Source: Felis catus
Taxonomy: Eukaryota
Assembly (NCBI RefSeq): GCF_018350175.1
Contig: NC_058385.1
Location: 81,096,001-81,160,000 of the forward strand
Length of the DNA stretch: 64,000 nt
Direction: 5' to 3'
How positions within the stretch are numbered: the stretch's first letter is position 1; every line of letters begins with the position of its first letter. A program made the position numbers and the translations under genes. The notes below the pieces were generated by a model. That model was not told where the DNA came from, made no database searches, and worked only from the letters and a program-made list of their open reading frames with translations. Shown piece by piece: positions 22,127 to 35,180 of the stretch.

Positions 22127-22352
22127 TTTTTTTTAATCTTTTAATGTTTATTCAGTTTTGAGAGAGAGAGAGAGACAAAGCACGAGCAGGGGAGGGGCAG
22201 AGAGAGAGAGGGAGACACAGAATCCGAAGCAGGCTCTGGGCTCCGAGCTGTCCGCACAGAGCCTGATGTGGGGCTCGCACTCGTGAACCGTGAGAACTCA
22301 CGAACCTGAGCCGAAGTCAGACACCCAACTGACTGAGCCACCCAGGTGCCCA
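22127..22352 (-). mobile_element. Feliform CanSINE (SINEC_Fc-like) with TSD
   Basis: aatgtttatt ... gagacacagaatccgaagcaggctc ... gagccacccaggtgccc; TSD GCAAATG[T/G]ATTATTTCT at 22110-22126 and 22353-22369. Confidence 0.95.
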
Positions 22353-22794
22353 GCAAATGGATTATTTCTAATGGTCACTACAGTCCCATCAGGGACATGC
22401 TGTTATTGCCACATGACAGATATGAACAATGAGGTCACACGACCCAGGACTGCCTGTGCCCAGAGCAGGGGTCTTCGTTACTGTGCCCACAATAAGAAGC
22501 TGGTGCATGTAACAGTCCTTCCCCTTTTGGGTTCTGAGGTGACAAAGACAAGCACAGGGATTGGGGGCAGTATGGTGGGGTGGGCAGGAAGGAGGGGACA
22601 TTAGAAGTGTGTGTTGGGCTCCAGGAGGCATCCAGGCAAGTGTGGAAGGAGGAGGGAAGGAGGAGACTCAGGCAATCCAGGAAGCCTGCACGGAGAAAGA
22701 GTGAGCTTCTCCCGGAGTGGGGAACTGGAGAAGGGGGGGGAGGCGTGGTCACCGGTGCCACCCGCATACCATTTTCTCAGTCTCTCCCGTAGGT

Positions 22795-22935
22795 CACATG
22801 TGATGCTGAGCAGACCATATGCGTTATTTTATTTAGTCTTCACAAAGCCCGAGGGAACACCTGTTTCCACTTCACAGACAAGGGACAGGCTCAGTGGAGG
22901 TAAGGACCTTAGAGGGACCCAGCAAGTGAGGCTTG
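22795..22935 (-). mobile_element. MIR fragment
   Basis: ttatttagtcttcacaaagcc ... ccacttcacagacaagggacaggctcag ... ggtaag. Confidence 0.6.
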
Positions 22936-23037
22936 GACCCTGGGTTGTCGGACCCCCTCCTGCCTTGGGGGGTCAGGGTGGGCGGATTTCCTGGTGACTA
23001 TTAAGCAGGAAAGCCACGAGATCAGGTTTTCCTAAGA

Positions 23038-23485
23038 CACTGGTTCTCAGAGTGTGGTCAGGGCACGTGGGGATCCCCAAGTCCTCTCCAGGGGACCCCA
23101 AGATCCTGGGTTTATCTTCATCAATTTCAGGGGAGGCAGCCTGTCCCTGCAGGGTGAAGGCAGGAGTGGAAACGAGACTGGTGGCTTCTACTGAGCCAGA
23201 CACAAGAGATGTGTGACAATGTTAGCACCATATGCCACGCCTTTCGCTTTTTTTTTTTTTTTTGACCTGTTTGGGAAAATAAAGTATTTTTTCATAAAAA
23301 CCTGTGAGTTATGTTAATGTGTAATGGGTTCATTTTATAATAAATTAATATTTTTAAATGTCTCCTGTTTCATTTTTAATACTGTCAGCATCGATAAATA
23401 TAACCTCCACAAGCAAATGTTTTCTGAGCTCCTAAGTTTTAAGAGCGTGAAGGGACCCGGGACCTCAAAGTCCGAGAAGTGCGAC
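23038..23485. mobile_element. Internally deleted hAT-Charlie DNA transposon (Charlie1/MER119-like)
   Basis: Left end cactggttctcagagtgtggtc; internal gccagaca..agagat, ggaaaata..tttttcataaaaa, atcgataaatataacc; right end ttttaagagcgtgaagggacccgggacc..aaagtccgagaa. Confidence 0.78.
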
Positions 23486-24378
23486 ACGAAACACTGAGCT
23501 GGCTCTGGAGGTTTGGAAAGCCCCGTGGGGGATAACAGTCCCTGCAGTCCAGGCTCTTCCCTGAGGGTGTCTCTCCCCATCCCTCAGGTTGCCCTGACAG
23601 CTTGTGAGCCCAGAGGAGACAGTGCTCTGTCACCTTGAGCAGGACAGCGCTCCCTCTGGTCTTTGGAGGCGCTTCTTCCCACGTGGAGTGTGATGGCTAC
23701 GGTGCTGGGGGGGACTCAAGTCCTGGTCATGCCCCCCTTCCCTTAAGCATGACTACTGAGCCACCCAGCCTTTGGCTGCAGTGAACACGATGATTGAGAG
23801 TCTGCTTGTGCCAGGGACTCAGCACACAGGGCTCAAGGGTGAGTGACGCTGACCCCTGTGGAGCTCAGCGTCTGGGAGCAAAGGGTGCAGAGGACGGTTG
23901 TGCTGAAGTCACATGGGGAGGGCAAGGGCAGTGGGGCCGTGAGGGGTAAGGCTGGGAGGCAAGGCTGATGCTCCCAGCCCAGGTTCTGGCCCCCAGGGTG
24001 CCCCCCGAGACCCCCTGGGGACTGAGGGCTGGAAAGGGAGCTGTCCGGCCCAGGGAATTGGAATGTGCAAGATACCTCTGAAGGTTTAGGAGTGGTGGTG
24101 TCATTGTCCCAGCAGGGATGACCACCCTGGGGACTTGGGGGTGGCTCGTTCCCACTGCTGATGGCTCTAGAGATTGTCTCCCCCCGGATACTGACAACAT
24201 AGCCTTCACGGATCTTAATATCACGGCTCTGTGGGGACACTGTGACGTCTGCCGTTACTAAGCGGTTCAGCATCTGCAGAGGCCAGCGTGGGAGGAATCC
24301 CCTCAGCTGTTCATCTGCTCTTTCTTATAGCAGCTCCCTCACTCATTCACTGACTCATTCATCCATCCCACTCCTCTT

Positions 24379-24596
24379 TAAAAAAAAATTTTTTTAATGT
24401 TTATTTATTTTTGAGACAGAGAGAGACAGAGCGTGAACGGGGGAGGGTCGGAGAGAGCGAGACACAGAATCCGAAGCAGGTTCCAGGCTCTGAGGTGTCA
24501 GCACAGAGCCCAACACGGGGCTCGAATTCACGAATGGTGAAGTCATGACCTGAGCCGATGTCGGCCGCTCCACCGACTGAGCCACCCAGGCGCCCC
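24379..24596 (-). mobile_element. Feliform CanSINE (SINEC_Fc-like) with TSD
   Basis: Full antisense SINE ending gagccacccaggcgcccc; TSD CATC[C/G]CACTCCTCTT at 24364-24378 and 24597-24611. Confidence 0.95.
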
Positions 24597-24820
24597 CATC
24601 GCACTCCTCTTCATCCACATACCCATTCACTTGTTTATACAGCCATCGACCTGTCCCTTCATCCGCTCATTCACCCATTTGCCTACCTGCCCATCCACTT
24701 TATCATCCAACAAGATTTAACAGCATCTATGTGTATCAGGCTATGTGTTCACGGAGATAATGATGACTCCTGCTTGTTCTCTACCTACAGTGAGCTTGAA
24801 AGTCCACTAGGGAGAGTGAG

Positions 24821-25030
24821 GGTGATGGTGGTGATGATGACGATGGTGATGGGGGGATGGGGGATGATGACGATGGTCGTGGTGATGGTGATGGTGGTGA
24901 TGATGGTACTGATATGGCTGCTGTTGGTGACGATGATGATGGCATCGGTAGCGATGACGTTGTGATGTCGATAGTTGTGATAATGAGGACAGTCGTGATA
25001 ACGATGCTGCTGCTGATAGTCATGATAATT
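24821..25030. repeat. Degenerate (GAT/GGT/GAC)n trinucleotide repeat
   Basis: ggtgatggtggtgatgatgacgatggtgat... with 3-nt periodicity over about 200 bp. Confidence 0.9.
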
Positions 25031-25205
25031 GACATCTCTTGAGCACATAATACCTGCCAGGTAACGTTCTGAGCCTTCTGCGTACATTAGCTCACTTATT
25101 TCTCACAACAGATCCGTAATGTGGGCAGTATTAAAAGTCACATTTTATAGGTACGGCAACCGAGGCAGAGAGGTGGAGCAACGTCCCAAAGGTCACAGAC
25201 ACTGA
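25025..25205 (-). mobile_element. MIR
   Basis: ttgagcac..tgccagg..gttctgagc, cattagctcacttatttctcacaaca, cattttataggtacggcaaccgaggcagagagg, aaggtcacag. Confidence 0.85.
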
Positions 25206-26619
25206 CTGAGGGACAGACACGTTTTGCCTGCAGGCCGCCGAGGAACGCCTGGCTGTTCCTTACAACGCAGTGCAGCCGCGCTCAGGGCGGGGGTCTGGGC
25301 AACCTGCTTTCTCTCAAGGCGGGAGGAATCAGCTCTGTCTGGGAATAGGGAAGGGAAGGGAAGGCTCGCAGACGAGGCAGCATTTAGCTGCGTCTTAAGG
25401 ATCGAATAGGAAACCGGCAGGAAGAGAAGGAGAACATTCTACCAGAGAGAAGGTAGATGGTGCAGAGCGAGGCACCAGGTGGGAAAACAGGGATGTCAAG
25501 GGGACAGCAGCTGGTGGGTGCTGAGCCACAGACAGTTGGGGGGAACGTCAAAGACAGGGTGTTGTGATCCTGGAAGGCTGCGAATGTTCTGCCGGAGTCT
25601 TGTGAGCAGAGAATATGGGGTGGGCTGGCACTGGTGGGGCCACATCAAGAGAAACCCATGTTTCCAAGCCACTAGCCCAGAGATGGGGCAAACTCTCTCT
25701 CGACCTGGGCTGCCTAGCTCTTTGCAGGGTTGGCGGGGAGGGCCTTATGCAGGGGCACTTACGGTGTCTAGGAGGTGCTGGTGTCCATCCGATCACGCAT
25801 CAGGGAGGCCGGAGGAGTTGCCTGGAGCACGGCCAGGGGTGGGGCCAGCTCACTGGCAACATGAGGAGGGCCTCAGTGAAAGAGTCCTGACTGTGACCAG
25901 CTGGGATCAGAGGGGGCAGAGCCATGCCCCAGGGTCGAACGAGGGCCAACCAGAAGCTACAGAGGGCATCTATGAGCTGGGGTCAACGTGCAGACCCTCC
26001 GGGAACAGTGCTGAGAGAAAGGCAGGTGGGGGAGAAGATGGGGACTCAGTCAGGCACTGGACCTCAGTCCCACATGGTGGACCAGTTGGGCACTGATGCC
26101 TCGGTGGGCCAAGGGCACCATCCATTCAGAAAAGCTCGTTGGGAATGGGGGATGATGGGTGTTGTCCCATGGACCTGGGACCAGCGGCACCTGGGCCTTG
26201 GCTTTGTCATTCTAACACAGGGGTCACCCGGATCCAGAATCGAGCCACCTCGGGGATGGGGACGGGTCAGTGCTGTCGGTCACACCGCGTGAGTAGCTGC
26301 TTCCTATAACGGGGGATGCTGCCTCGATTCTCCTGAGGTGGAGACACACCAGCTTCTGTCCGAGCTCACACAGTTCCTGGCCCTCTCCAGGCCTGAACTT
26401 GCCCACCCGTCACATGAGAGGTGTACCCCGAGTCTGGGATTCTCTGGGGGCAGGCAGAGGACGAGATGCTGACTGCCCGTAGAGACGAGTGTACCGCGCT
26501 TCCCCGGAGAAGCCCTTCGCCCCGGATCCCACAAGTGGCCCTGGAGAGCCTGGTCTGGGGGGAGGGGGGCGGGAAGCCCGGATCCACTTCAGCCAAGGAG
26601 AGGAGGGCTGAGAAGGCGC

Positions 26620-26840
26620 GTTAGAAAATGATCCGCGGCTCCCAAACAGAAGGGAATATTGACACGGTTATTTTTAGCATTATTGAAATAAGTCTGTTTT
26701 GCTCCTTTTCTGCACTCTCCTCCCCGGCTCAATCTTTGCTTCCAGATTGAATGTGTGCGCGTGTGTCCAGGCCGAGGCGCCCGGGGAGCCAACGCTGCAA
26801 TCAAAATGCTAATGAGATCCTGATTGTGTCTCTTGACGCC
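26620..26840. promoter_or_regulatory. Candidate enhancer (unique AT-rich island with MEF2 and POU motifs)
   Basis: TTATTTTTAG at 26668-26677 and ATGCTAATGAGAT at 26806-26818; no recognisable repeat similarity. Confidence 0.45.
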
Positions 26841-27229
26841 TGGCCTGGGCGCTCCTCTGCCTGCCCCCAATGTCCCCGGGTCTCCGCGGAGCCCTGGGAG
26901 TGCACCCACGTTCTCTAAATGAGACCCCAGCTCAATGCTCCATGGAAACAGCCCAGGGGAAACTTGGAGAAGGTGGGAGCAGAGATACAGGTCCCGCCTG
27001 GTGCTGCCTCCAGGTCATACTCAGGCCTGTCCACCGGCTCGGGAGGGAGCCGAGAAATCGCCGCCCAGAGTGCCCGCCTCACCTCACTCCCCAGACACAC
27101 GTGGCGAGAGCGGACGAGGGTGGACAGGACCTCCTGTTCCAGAGGGAGGGTGTGGGCCCCGGCAGGGGGGCAGTGTGACGGCAGTGGGGGGAAGGGGGGA
27201 ACCGTGCACCCAGGAAGACGCTGGGTCTA

Positions 27230-27360
27230 GCAGCCTCTGACACTTCGAGCTGTGTCCTCTGGGGCAAGTTACACAGGCTCTGGGGTCCTTTCCTTCCCCT
27301 GTGAAAGTGAAATGAAGGGGTCGTCCCTCTCAGATATTTCAAGTTCAAGACTGTGTGTGA
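27230..27360 (+). mobile_element. MIR/MIR3 fragment
   Basis: agctgtgtcctctggggcaagttac ... cctgtgaaagtg. Confidence 0.55.
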
Positions 27361-30300
27361 TGGATGGCCAACCGTGGTCGCTGGTGTTTTGTTAAAACCA
27401 AATGGTAGCCCCCCAGACTCGGTCTCTATTGCCTGGAGGCCTGGGTGACTGTTGTCCCCTCCGTGCTCTCAGCCTCCTTCCCCTGGACTGCCTGGATCGC
27501 CCCACACCCAGCAGCTTCAAGAGGACCCCCGGGACCCTGTCCCAGCCGGGCTGGTGCCGTGCTGGTTGCCAGCCCTGTGAGTGTCTTGTCCTGGGATGGG
27601 CCCCGAGCCAGCCTGGCTTCTAGGAGCTCCTGAAGCCTCCCCTCTGTGCAGGGGAGGTCAGCCCTGCTCCGGATCCGTATATGCAGGGCAGGGACATCGG
27701 TTGGCAGGAGCGAGGTAGGGGGGGTATCCCCAACATTCTTGTCCGTGTTCCTCAGGCCGGGGTTCACCCCCCCACCGTGTCCTGACTCCCCTCTTGATTC
27801 ACCCCTAGAGCAGGTAAGTTGTCCTGGCCATCGATGCATCCACCCACACATCTCTGTCCCATCAAGTCCAAAATCTAACCTGCCCAAGTCCTGTTCCCGC
27901 TGATGGCCTCTTGGGCACCCACAGGTCAATGCCTCCTGTCTTTGTTCACACCAGCCACACCGAGGCCCTCCTCTCCAGGCCGTCCTGGGCCCCTGCCTCA
28001 CTGTGCCTCCCTCTGGGCCCTTTCTCCCTTCCCTCCCTGGAACAGGCCCCGTTTGCTTTAGAAGGTCCCCCCCAGGAGGCATCACCCCTGCTACCCGGCC
28101 AGGTGTCTTCCTGACCTCTGGGCCTGTACATGGCCCTTCCTTCATCCATCCACCTGTCTGCCCCCTGTTGGCCAGAGACCTGCTGGGTGCCTATGCCTGC
28201 CTCAGGGCCACACAGGGGGGCGGTGGGCCCTGCCCGTGGGTGAGCGGGTGGTGGGTGGGCAGGATGAACACCGATCTCACTGCAGCTTCTTCACGGCTCA
28301 CGGCTAAGAACATTCCACGCTGTGGGTCTCAGGCTCCTCCTTGGCATTAGAATCCTCCATTGTTCCGTCCTCCCTTCCCTTTCCAGGGCTGCCCTGTCCT
28401 CCTGTCAGTGTGTAGGCCCCCAGAGACGGCCCCTGCGCCCCCATGCATGCCCACACCCACCCACCACTCTGGCTCGATTCCCCAGGGCACTGCGGGCTCC
28501 TGGGCCCGGCACCTGCTTGCCCTATACTCTCACCCAGGAGCGGGGCTGGATCGAACCAGTTAACTAATGTCCCAGCTGCTGCTGGACATGCTGTTGGGAC
28601 ACGCAGGGGGCTGCCATAGACACGGCATCTCGGGGAGAGACACAGGCAATCAAGAGCCACACAAACTTGTGAAATCACGTGTGGGACACCCGTGCCCAGG
28701 GAGAGACGTGTGCCACCGTGCGAACATGCAGAGGGGGTCACCGGGCTCTGAGAGCGCTCTGAGGACGCCTCGAACAGGCTGAGGTCGGGTCCCATGGTCC
28801 CACAGTCAGGGAACACAGTGGGGGTCACGTTTGGGCCCTGGCCCTGCAAACCGTGTGCCCGCCGTCCTCCTGTGCACTGCGGGCCAGCACCTTTGTGGAA
28901 AGAGCGTAGGACACGCGGCCCCGGCTTCTCTGTGGCCCCCCACACGTCCCCGCCCTGAGGGGGCACATCCTGGTCCTGGAAGCAAGGGCCAGGGGGCGGT
29001 CCTCACGGGCCCCCCCCCCCACCGGCTCTGACTCCCACCCGTGGCTAAGGTGACCGGCCTGCGTGTCACGGGGTGTCACTTCACTGAGTGACAGGAGTGT
29101 GCACTCCTCCTCCTGGCTCCGAGGTAGGCGACACCTGCTGCTCCCTGGCCAGGTGACTCTGGGCGGAAAAGCCAGCTTCCAGGGCTCTGGTTCATCATCT
29201 GTGAGACGGGCTCCCGGCTGCTCTCAGAGGCAGAGGGAAGGTGCTCTGGAGACAGGTGAGGGTCCTGGCCGTGACGAGGAAGGTGCCCGGCCTGCACTGG
29301 GCGGGGACTGTGTGGCCCAGAGCGGCTGACTCCAGGGTGTCTGCAGCCATGGGGCCCGGAAATGAAGGAGCCGTACGTGGGCTCAGCCACCCCTGGAGGG
29401 TCCCAGGCCCGGGAACAGGCTGGAACAGGGCTACGCCCCTCCCCCGTCCCTGGCGCTCACTCATCCCCAGAGAGGGCTGACTTGTCCATCCCAGAACACA
29501 CAGGGGATCCAGCCTTCTGTGGCTCCTTCTCAGTGTTCAGGCCTGAGTGGGTCTCACGAGCGCGTGCTTGGCCACAGAAGGTTGGCCGTGACACATGCTG
29601 TGTCCTGCCCGACTGCTCTATTTCTGCAGGGGCTCAGGGCGGGGGCTCAGGCCTCGGGGACACCTGGCCAGCCAGATTCCTCACAGTCTGACCCCACCGG
29701 GGAGCCGGGAGAGCTGTCCCTGCCCTGGGGGACCAGGCACATAGCAGGCCCGTGGGGACCGCTCACTGCCCACCCAGCGGTCCTCCAGGTGACAAGTTCT
29801 CCCTCTCCTCAATCATCCTCTGTCCTCCGGGCAGGTGCGCTGACGACCCCGAGTGACCGTGTTCCCACGCCCGTCCTCAGGTCACCGGCTGTGCTTTCCC
29901 ACGTGTGACCCTCGACCGCCTGGAGGAGGTTAGCCTCTGTGCCCGGAGGGGCTGGTCTCAAGTGGGAGCTGCACTCCGATAAGGCCTGGGAGGTCCCTCT
30001 GCCTCTGTGCTGGTGACCCCACATGACAGCTCCCGAAGTCCCCATGAACCTCATGCATAACAGACACGGTTCAAATTCATGGTGTTTGGAAGCGGACCCT
30101 GGCCTTTTCCTGGCCCCCACCCTGCTCGGTGTTTGCTCTGGAGTCCTCAGCGCTGGTGGCATGTGACCCAGGGGCAGACACGTCCCCGGGTGAGGAGGTG
30201 CCTGGGGGCCAGGTGGCCCACGAGGTAACGTAGGAGTGGAAGGTGCTCTGTGTGTGGTCACTGACGTGCTCACGCGCCCCTTTTCTTTCATTCAGCGAGC

Positions 30301-32526
30301 ATCTATGGAGCGCCTACTGTATGCAGGGCTCCATGGCCAGGCCTGCTGTGCGTGAGGCATATGTGATGTTTTACAGACAGGGAGGCTTTCAGGGTGGGGG
30401 ACAGATCTCGTCTCCTCCCAACCCACCCCTGTTCTGAGTACCCTTGGCCTAGGCCTTGGCACACAGTAGGGACCCTGGGAATCGCCCTTTAATTTGGGGG
30501 GGGGGGGAAGACATGCCCTCGTTTCTCTACGGCGTTGCCATGGTGACTCTTCTCTCGCTGCCCTCTCTCTCCCAGTCTCCAGGGAGCAGGGTCCCCCTGA
30601 ATCAGCTCTCCAGGAGGCCCAAAGTCCCTGTTATCATTGGGAAGATGCCCCTCATCCTTTGGGACCCCAATCCATCGAAGGAGTTTCTGACTCCGGGTGA
30701 ACGTGGCAGAACGTCCAACAGGACGGAAGGACAGAGGGACAGATGGCCAGGGTGACCCTTCATCTCACAAAGGGACCTGGGAGGCTGGGAGCAGCTGACG
30801 GCGCCCCCAGAGCCACGGACAGGAATGGGGTGTCCCCAGGAAAACCAGGAGAGCTTGCGGCCTTGGGGGGGGAGGCGACGGTGGGCAGGTCCCCGCCCCA
30901 AAACGGCACCCTTCCGAGGGGGGACGGGCTGGCCTGGCCATGGATCCACGTGTCCAATCGTGCCTCGCACTGACCCTGTGACACGTCCCCGTAACCAGGA
31001 GGTCAGTCCAGGGTCCCCGGCATCACATCGCGGCCCGCAGCTGTGTACAGGTGCGTGTGCGAGCACACGCGTGTTGTGTCGCGTATGTGCACGTGCCTAT
31101 GGGTACAGGTGGGGGCGCAGCTATGACCCTGTTGCTTGGAAACGCTGCTCTGAGAAGCGCTGTTCTTTTTCGGGGTTGGCGAGGTGGGGAGCCACGTCTC
31201 GTGTGTCTGGAGCCCGTGGCAGGGTCCATAAAGACTGGTGGAGCACCAGGTGAAGGAGGGAGCGAGGTGGGGCCTCGCGTGCTCCCTGGCCGTCCTCCTG
31301 GCCAGGTGTGTGCTGAGCACGTGGCTACATCAGTGAGCCCGGCAGACAGGGCCTCCCGCGTGGCAGTCCAGGCCTGGGGGGAGGGGAGTGGGATGCTGAG
31401 CCACTAACGTCACACAAGCCACCATCAAGGTCCCATCGCCATGTGGAGGTCCCCTGCGTGTGGGTGTCAGCAGGTGGGCTGGAGGGGGTGGTGGGTGGGT
31501 GGGTGGAGCCCCGGTGAACGGCCCTGGCCTGCACTGCTCTCCTGCCGTCTGCGTTTCCTTCGCTCCCCTCATTGACCCCAGGAAGCCAGCGGTCTTGTTC
31601 ACGGCCATTAATGCCCCTCGCTGGGCTCCCGCTTCGAGATCTTGGAGAAACACCTGGGCTCCAGGGGTCCCGGCTGCTCGCTGTCCCGGTGTCCCCTCAA
31701 AGGCTCCTGCGGCATGCGGGGAGGCTACAGGGACTCTCCCGGCTCGACACTGCCGGCCTCCAGCCCCCCCTGGGCCTCGGCCTGGCCCTCACCCGGCTTC
31801 TCTGAGATCCTGCCTGGTGCCCCTCTGCCCCTCTGCCACTCTGGAGGGGTCTGTCTTCTCTCCTGCGGAGCAGAAAGGAGACCGAGCTGGGGGTTTGCTA
31901 GGCGTCTGCAGGGTGGGGCTCCCTCCAGGCCTGTCTCCAGTCTGAGGCCTGCGAGGTGAGGGAGGGCAGTGTGGATGCCCCCAGGCCCTCCGACTCCCAC
32001 CCCTGCAGTCCCGCGGCCGCGGGCCAGCCTGGTGCTCTGTCTCACTCCGCGTGTCAGCAAGGAGATGAAAGCTCCCCAGAACGGAGTGTCACCAGGACTT
32101 CTTAGATCACAAACAGTTTAATGTTTGGATGAAGGACCCAGGCTGCCGGCCCTTCGCCCAGCCCCAGGGGTCTTAGCTCCAAGACACGATCCAGGTGGCT
32201 CCCAGCACAGGGAAGAGGGAGGCTCCTGCATGTCCCCAGCCTGGTCCTGAGCGGGGCCTCTGGTCAAAAAGAAGCCCTTCCCTCTCCCCCACCCTTGCGG
32301 AGGCAGAGGGCAGAGTTGCTACCTTAACTTGGCCAAGCCCGGCACATTCTGCACGAGAGACGTGCCCTGACTCATCCCAGAACGCAGATGGATGGTTTTC
32401 AATAAAACAGCCTTTTCGGGCCCGAATCCCTGCGACTGCAGAGACGTGAAGGCAGCTTTGCTCCCCATCTCCCTCCCCAGCACCTCCCGGGGCCCCAGAC
32501 TCTTCTTCAGAAGACGATTTGTCGCT

Positions 32527-32547
32527 TTGTTGTTGTTGTTGTTGTTG
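32527..32547. repeat. (TTG)7 microsatellite
   Basis: Directly visible. Confidence 0.9.
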
Positions 32548-34599
32548 TTTGTGGCGGGGGGCAGGGGGAGTCCGGAGCCAGGTCAACCTTCCCCGCCCTC
32601 GGCTGGACTCCCAGAGGGGTCGAGGCCCTGGCCAGTCACTGTCCCTGTGATGGGCAGTGGGAGGTTGTGCTCGGGCCGTGGGGTCTCCACTTGGGGTTCC
32701 AAGCACAAGAAGGTGAGTGCTTCCCAAGCAGCTGTGCCTGGAAACTGATGCGAGCAGCTTCCTCCCAGACCGACCCTCCCCATCCCCGGGGTCCCCGCCA
32801 ATGAGATGGTCATCTCCGAGGCCCTCAGGACACAGCCGTTCCTTCCAGATACGCCCAGGCCAGGGCCAGGCCATCTGCTCGGCAAACTGCGATGCCCTAG
32901 AACGTCCCTCCGGGCCACGGAGACGGCGCCCCAGCAACAGTAGCCTCGCCTGTGCGGTGTGGGTTCCCGCCTTCTCCCTCCTGCGCGGGGTCCCCGGCTC
33001 TGAGCCCGCCTCACTCCCTCCTCCGGGCTGAGGCCTGCACCCTGCCCTGCTTACCCAGCGTGCGGACACGGTTGCCCTTCAGTTGTGGGTGCTACTGAGA
33101 GGCCATCTTAGGAGGACAGAGGAGCTCATACGGTTGGACCATCTCAAGCTCTGTGAGACGGGCAGAAAAACATCACCAGCCATGGTGAGAAGAGCAGTCC
33201 GTGAGATCTTGTTTCAGACTCCGTCACTCGGCGGCGTGGCCGCTCTCGCGGGAACACCGGGGCGGCGCGGGAAGTGAGCTCACGGACGCCGCGGTGGCGA
33301 CAGGGTGAGGCGTGGCCCTGCCTGACGGTGGAGCCGGGCAGATGCTGGTGACCCCACCACCGTTACGGAAAACACATTGCTGGCCCCGTTCCGAGTTCTT
33401 AAGACCGAGGCCCTAAAAGGGAGCAGTGAGCTTGTCCAAGGCCCCTGGGTGATTCGGGGATTCGAGGGCCCCGTGGCCGGGGATGTTCTTTCCACGGCAC
33501 CCAGTGCTGTGGTTCTGGTCACTGAAGGGATGGACGATGGATGTGGGGGAGGGGCGGGCACTGACCCTCTGAGAAGGCCGGGGTGGCCCCCAGGGAGACC
33601 CTTCTGTCCCCTCTCTCACTCTCTTCTGCTCCACCTGTCCAGTCCTTCCCATCCACCCACCCCCCGCTCTGTAAACCAGTCTCAGAACAAGCCTCAGCCC
33701 TGCAGTTCCGGGCCCCTCCGCCAGGGTGGGCCAGTCTGGGGACTCCCCCTGCCCCCCACCCCGTGAGCATGCTCCCTCAGAGTAAGGGAAGAGCTCCAGC
33801 CGCTGGCGGTGCACCTGCCGTCCAGTGCCTCCTCTCCTGGCCCGTGACGACTCCCCTACCCCACCCACGTGGACCGACCGTGGGGAGAGGGCACCCGGGT
33901 CAGGTGGTGGGCAAGCTGTCCTGGCACTGGGGACGCTGGTCCAGGGGAAGGTCAGGGGCTCACACCTGGGACCAGGGTTCCCGCAGCTCAGGCCGGATGT
34001 CCCGGGAGGCAGCAGCGGCAGGGTTTTCTCCTGCCAGTGACACCCTTCCTGCCCTTGATGCCCAGGCTCTAAGCCATGCCTTTGGTCCTTGATCCTGCGT
34101 CTTCCTACCTGCTCGCCACGCCTGGAGGAACCCGAGGCTGGCTGCGTCCGTCGGTGGGGCACGAGGACGGCTGTGCTCTGCAGTCATCTGTCTACCATCT
34201 GATCGCTTCCTCCGAGCAGCTCTGTGTGGGAATCGCTCTACCCGCCGAGAATACACTGACAGGTCTCCTGGCTTTCTGAAGGTCACACAGCTAATTCGAA
34301 GGGTCCCTGGGGTGCCCCTGGGTGTCACCCCAATTTTACAGGTGGGGAAGCTGGACAGCAGAGGCGAAGTGATTTGCCCAGAGCCATCGGGGATGGACCG
34401 GCAGGGCCAGGTGCGGCACAGCCTCCTTCACGTGGTCTCCTCGGGCAGGTAGGTGTCCCCCCGGGGGGGGGCCTCCCCATCATCACCCTTGAGCTCACAG
34501 CCCAGCTGCCTCCTTCCAGGGGCCGGCGCAGTACCGTCTCCAGCTCCCAGGGGGCGCTGAGGCCCCGCGGCTGCTTCCTGCCACCCAGCCTCCGAGCCC

Positions 34600-35180
34600 C
34601 CCTCTGATGTGCAAAGTCGCTGGTGCTGTGTGTTTTCCAATCAATAGAAGATGCTCAGTCCCCGAGATGTCGCTACCAGAGTCTTCACACATCTGCATCG
34701 GAAGGATTCCAAATGAAAAGTCTTTTCCTGTTGGGGGAAAAAATGTAAAAGGAGAAAGGGAGACTTTGCTTGACAGATTAGAAAATTTTCCACTTCCCGG
34801 CATCTGAACGGACTATTTGTGCTTCTTGTGCCCAATTACCCAGGCTGTTAAAGGAGAGCGGGGTGAGTTTCCGTGGCCCCCGGCGTATTGATCCCGGCCG
34901 AGGAACCTGCAGGGGTTTATGAGCAAGACAGCAGGTGCCAACCCCCAGCCTGGGAGACGGGGGGGGGGGGGGTCCCGTTCAGCCCTGCCTCCCGCTCGGC
35001 CTTGACCTTGGAGAAGCTGCCTGGTTACCACGTGCCCTTGCTAAGGCTACATCGCACGGATGCGGAGCCGGCCAAAGCATTTCATCCGAAGCACGGAGCA
35101 CTTACAAATAAGATTGATGACTATTTTTACACTAATTGGGAGTTTCCAGAGTGCTTTGGAAGTCGGATTTCCTAATCACC
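34600..35180. promoter_or_regulatory. Candidate enhancer (homeodomain/TALE motif cluster)
   Basis: CCAATCAAT, TGACAGATTA, CCAATTA, GATTGATG, CTAATTGG and CTAATC within an AT-enriched unique segment. Confidence 0.4.

Noticed and set aside
24558-25087. Met/Val-rich hydrophobic and Thr/Ile/His-rich ORFs
   Set aside because: Translation of the degenerate (GAT/GGT)n repeat plus SINE, L2 and MIR sequence.
32173-33069. ORFs with poly-Leu (signal-peptide-like) or poly-Gln stretches
   Set aside because: Both derive from the (TTG)7 microsatellite; no recognisable homology or exon structure.
34543-34560. CTCF-like CAGGGGGCGCT motif (also near 56060)
   Set aside because: Mismatches at the conserved 5' CC positions, and such matches are expected by chance at this GC content.
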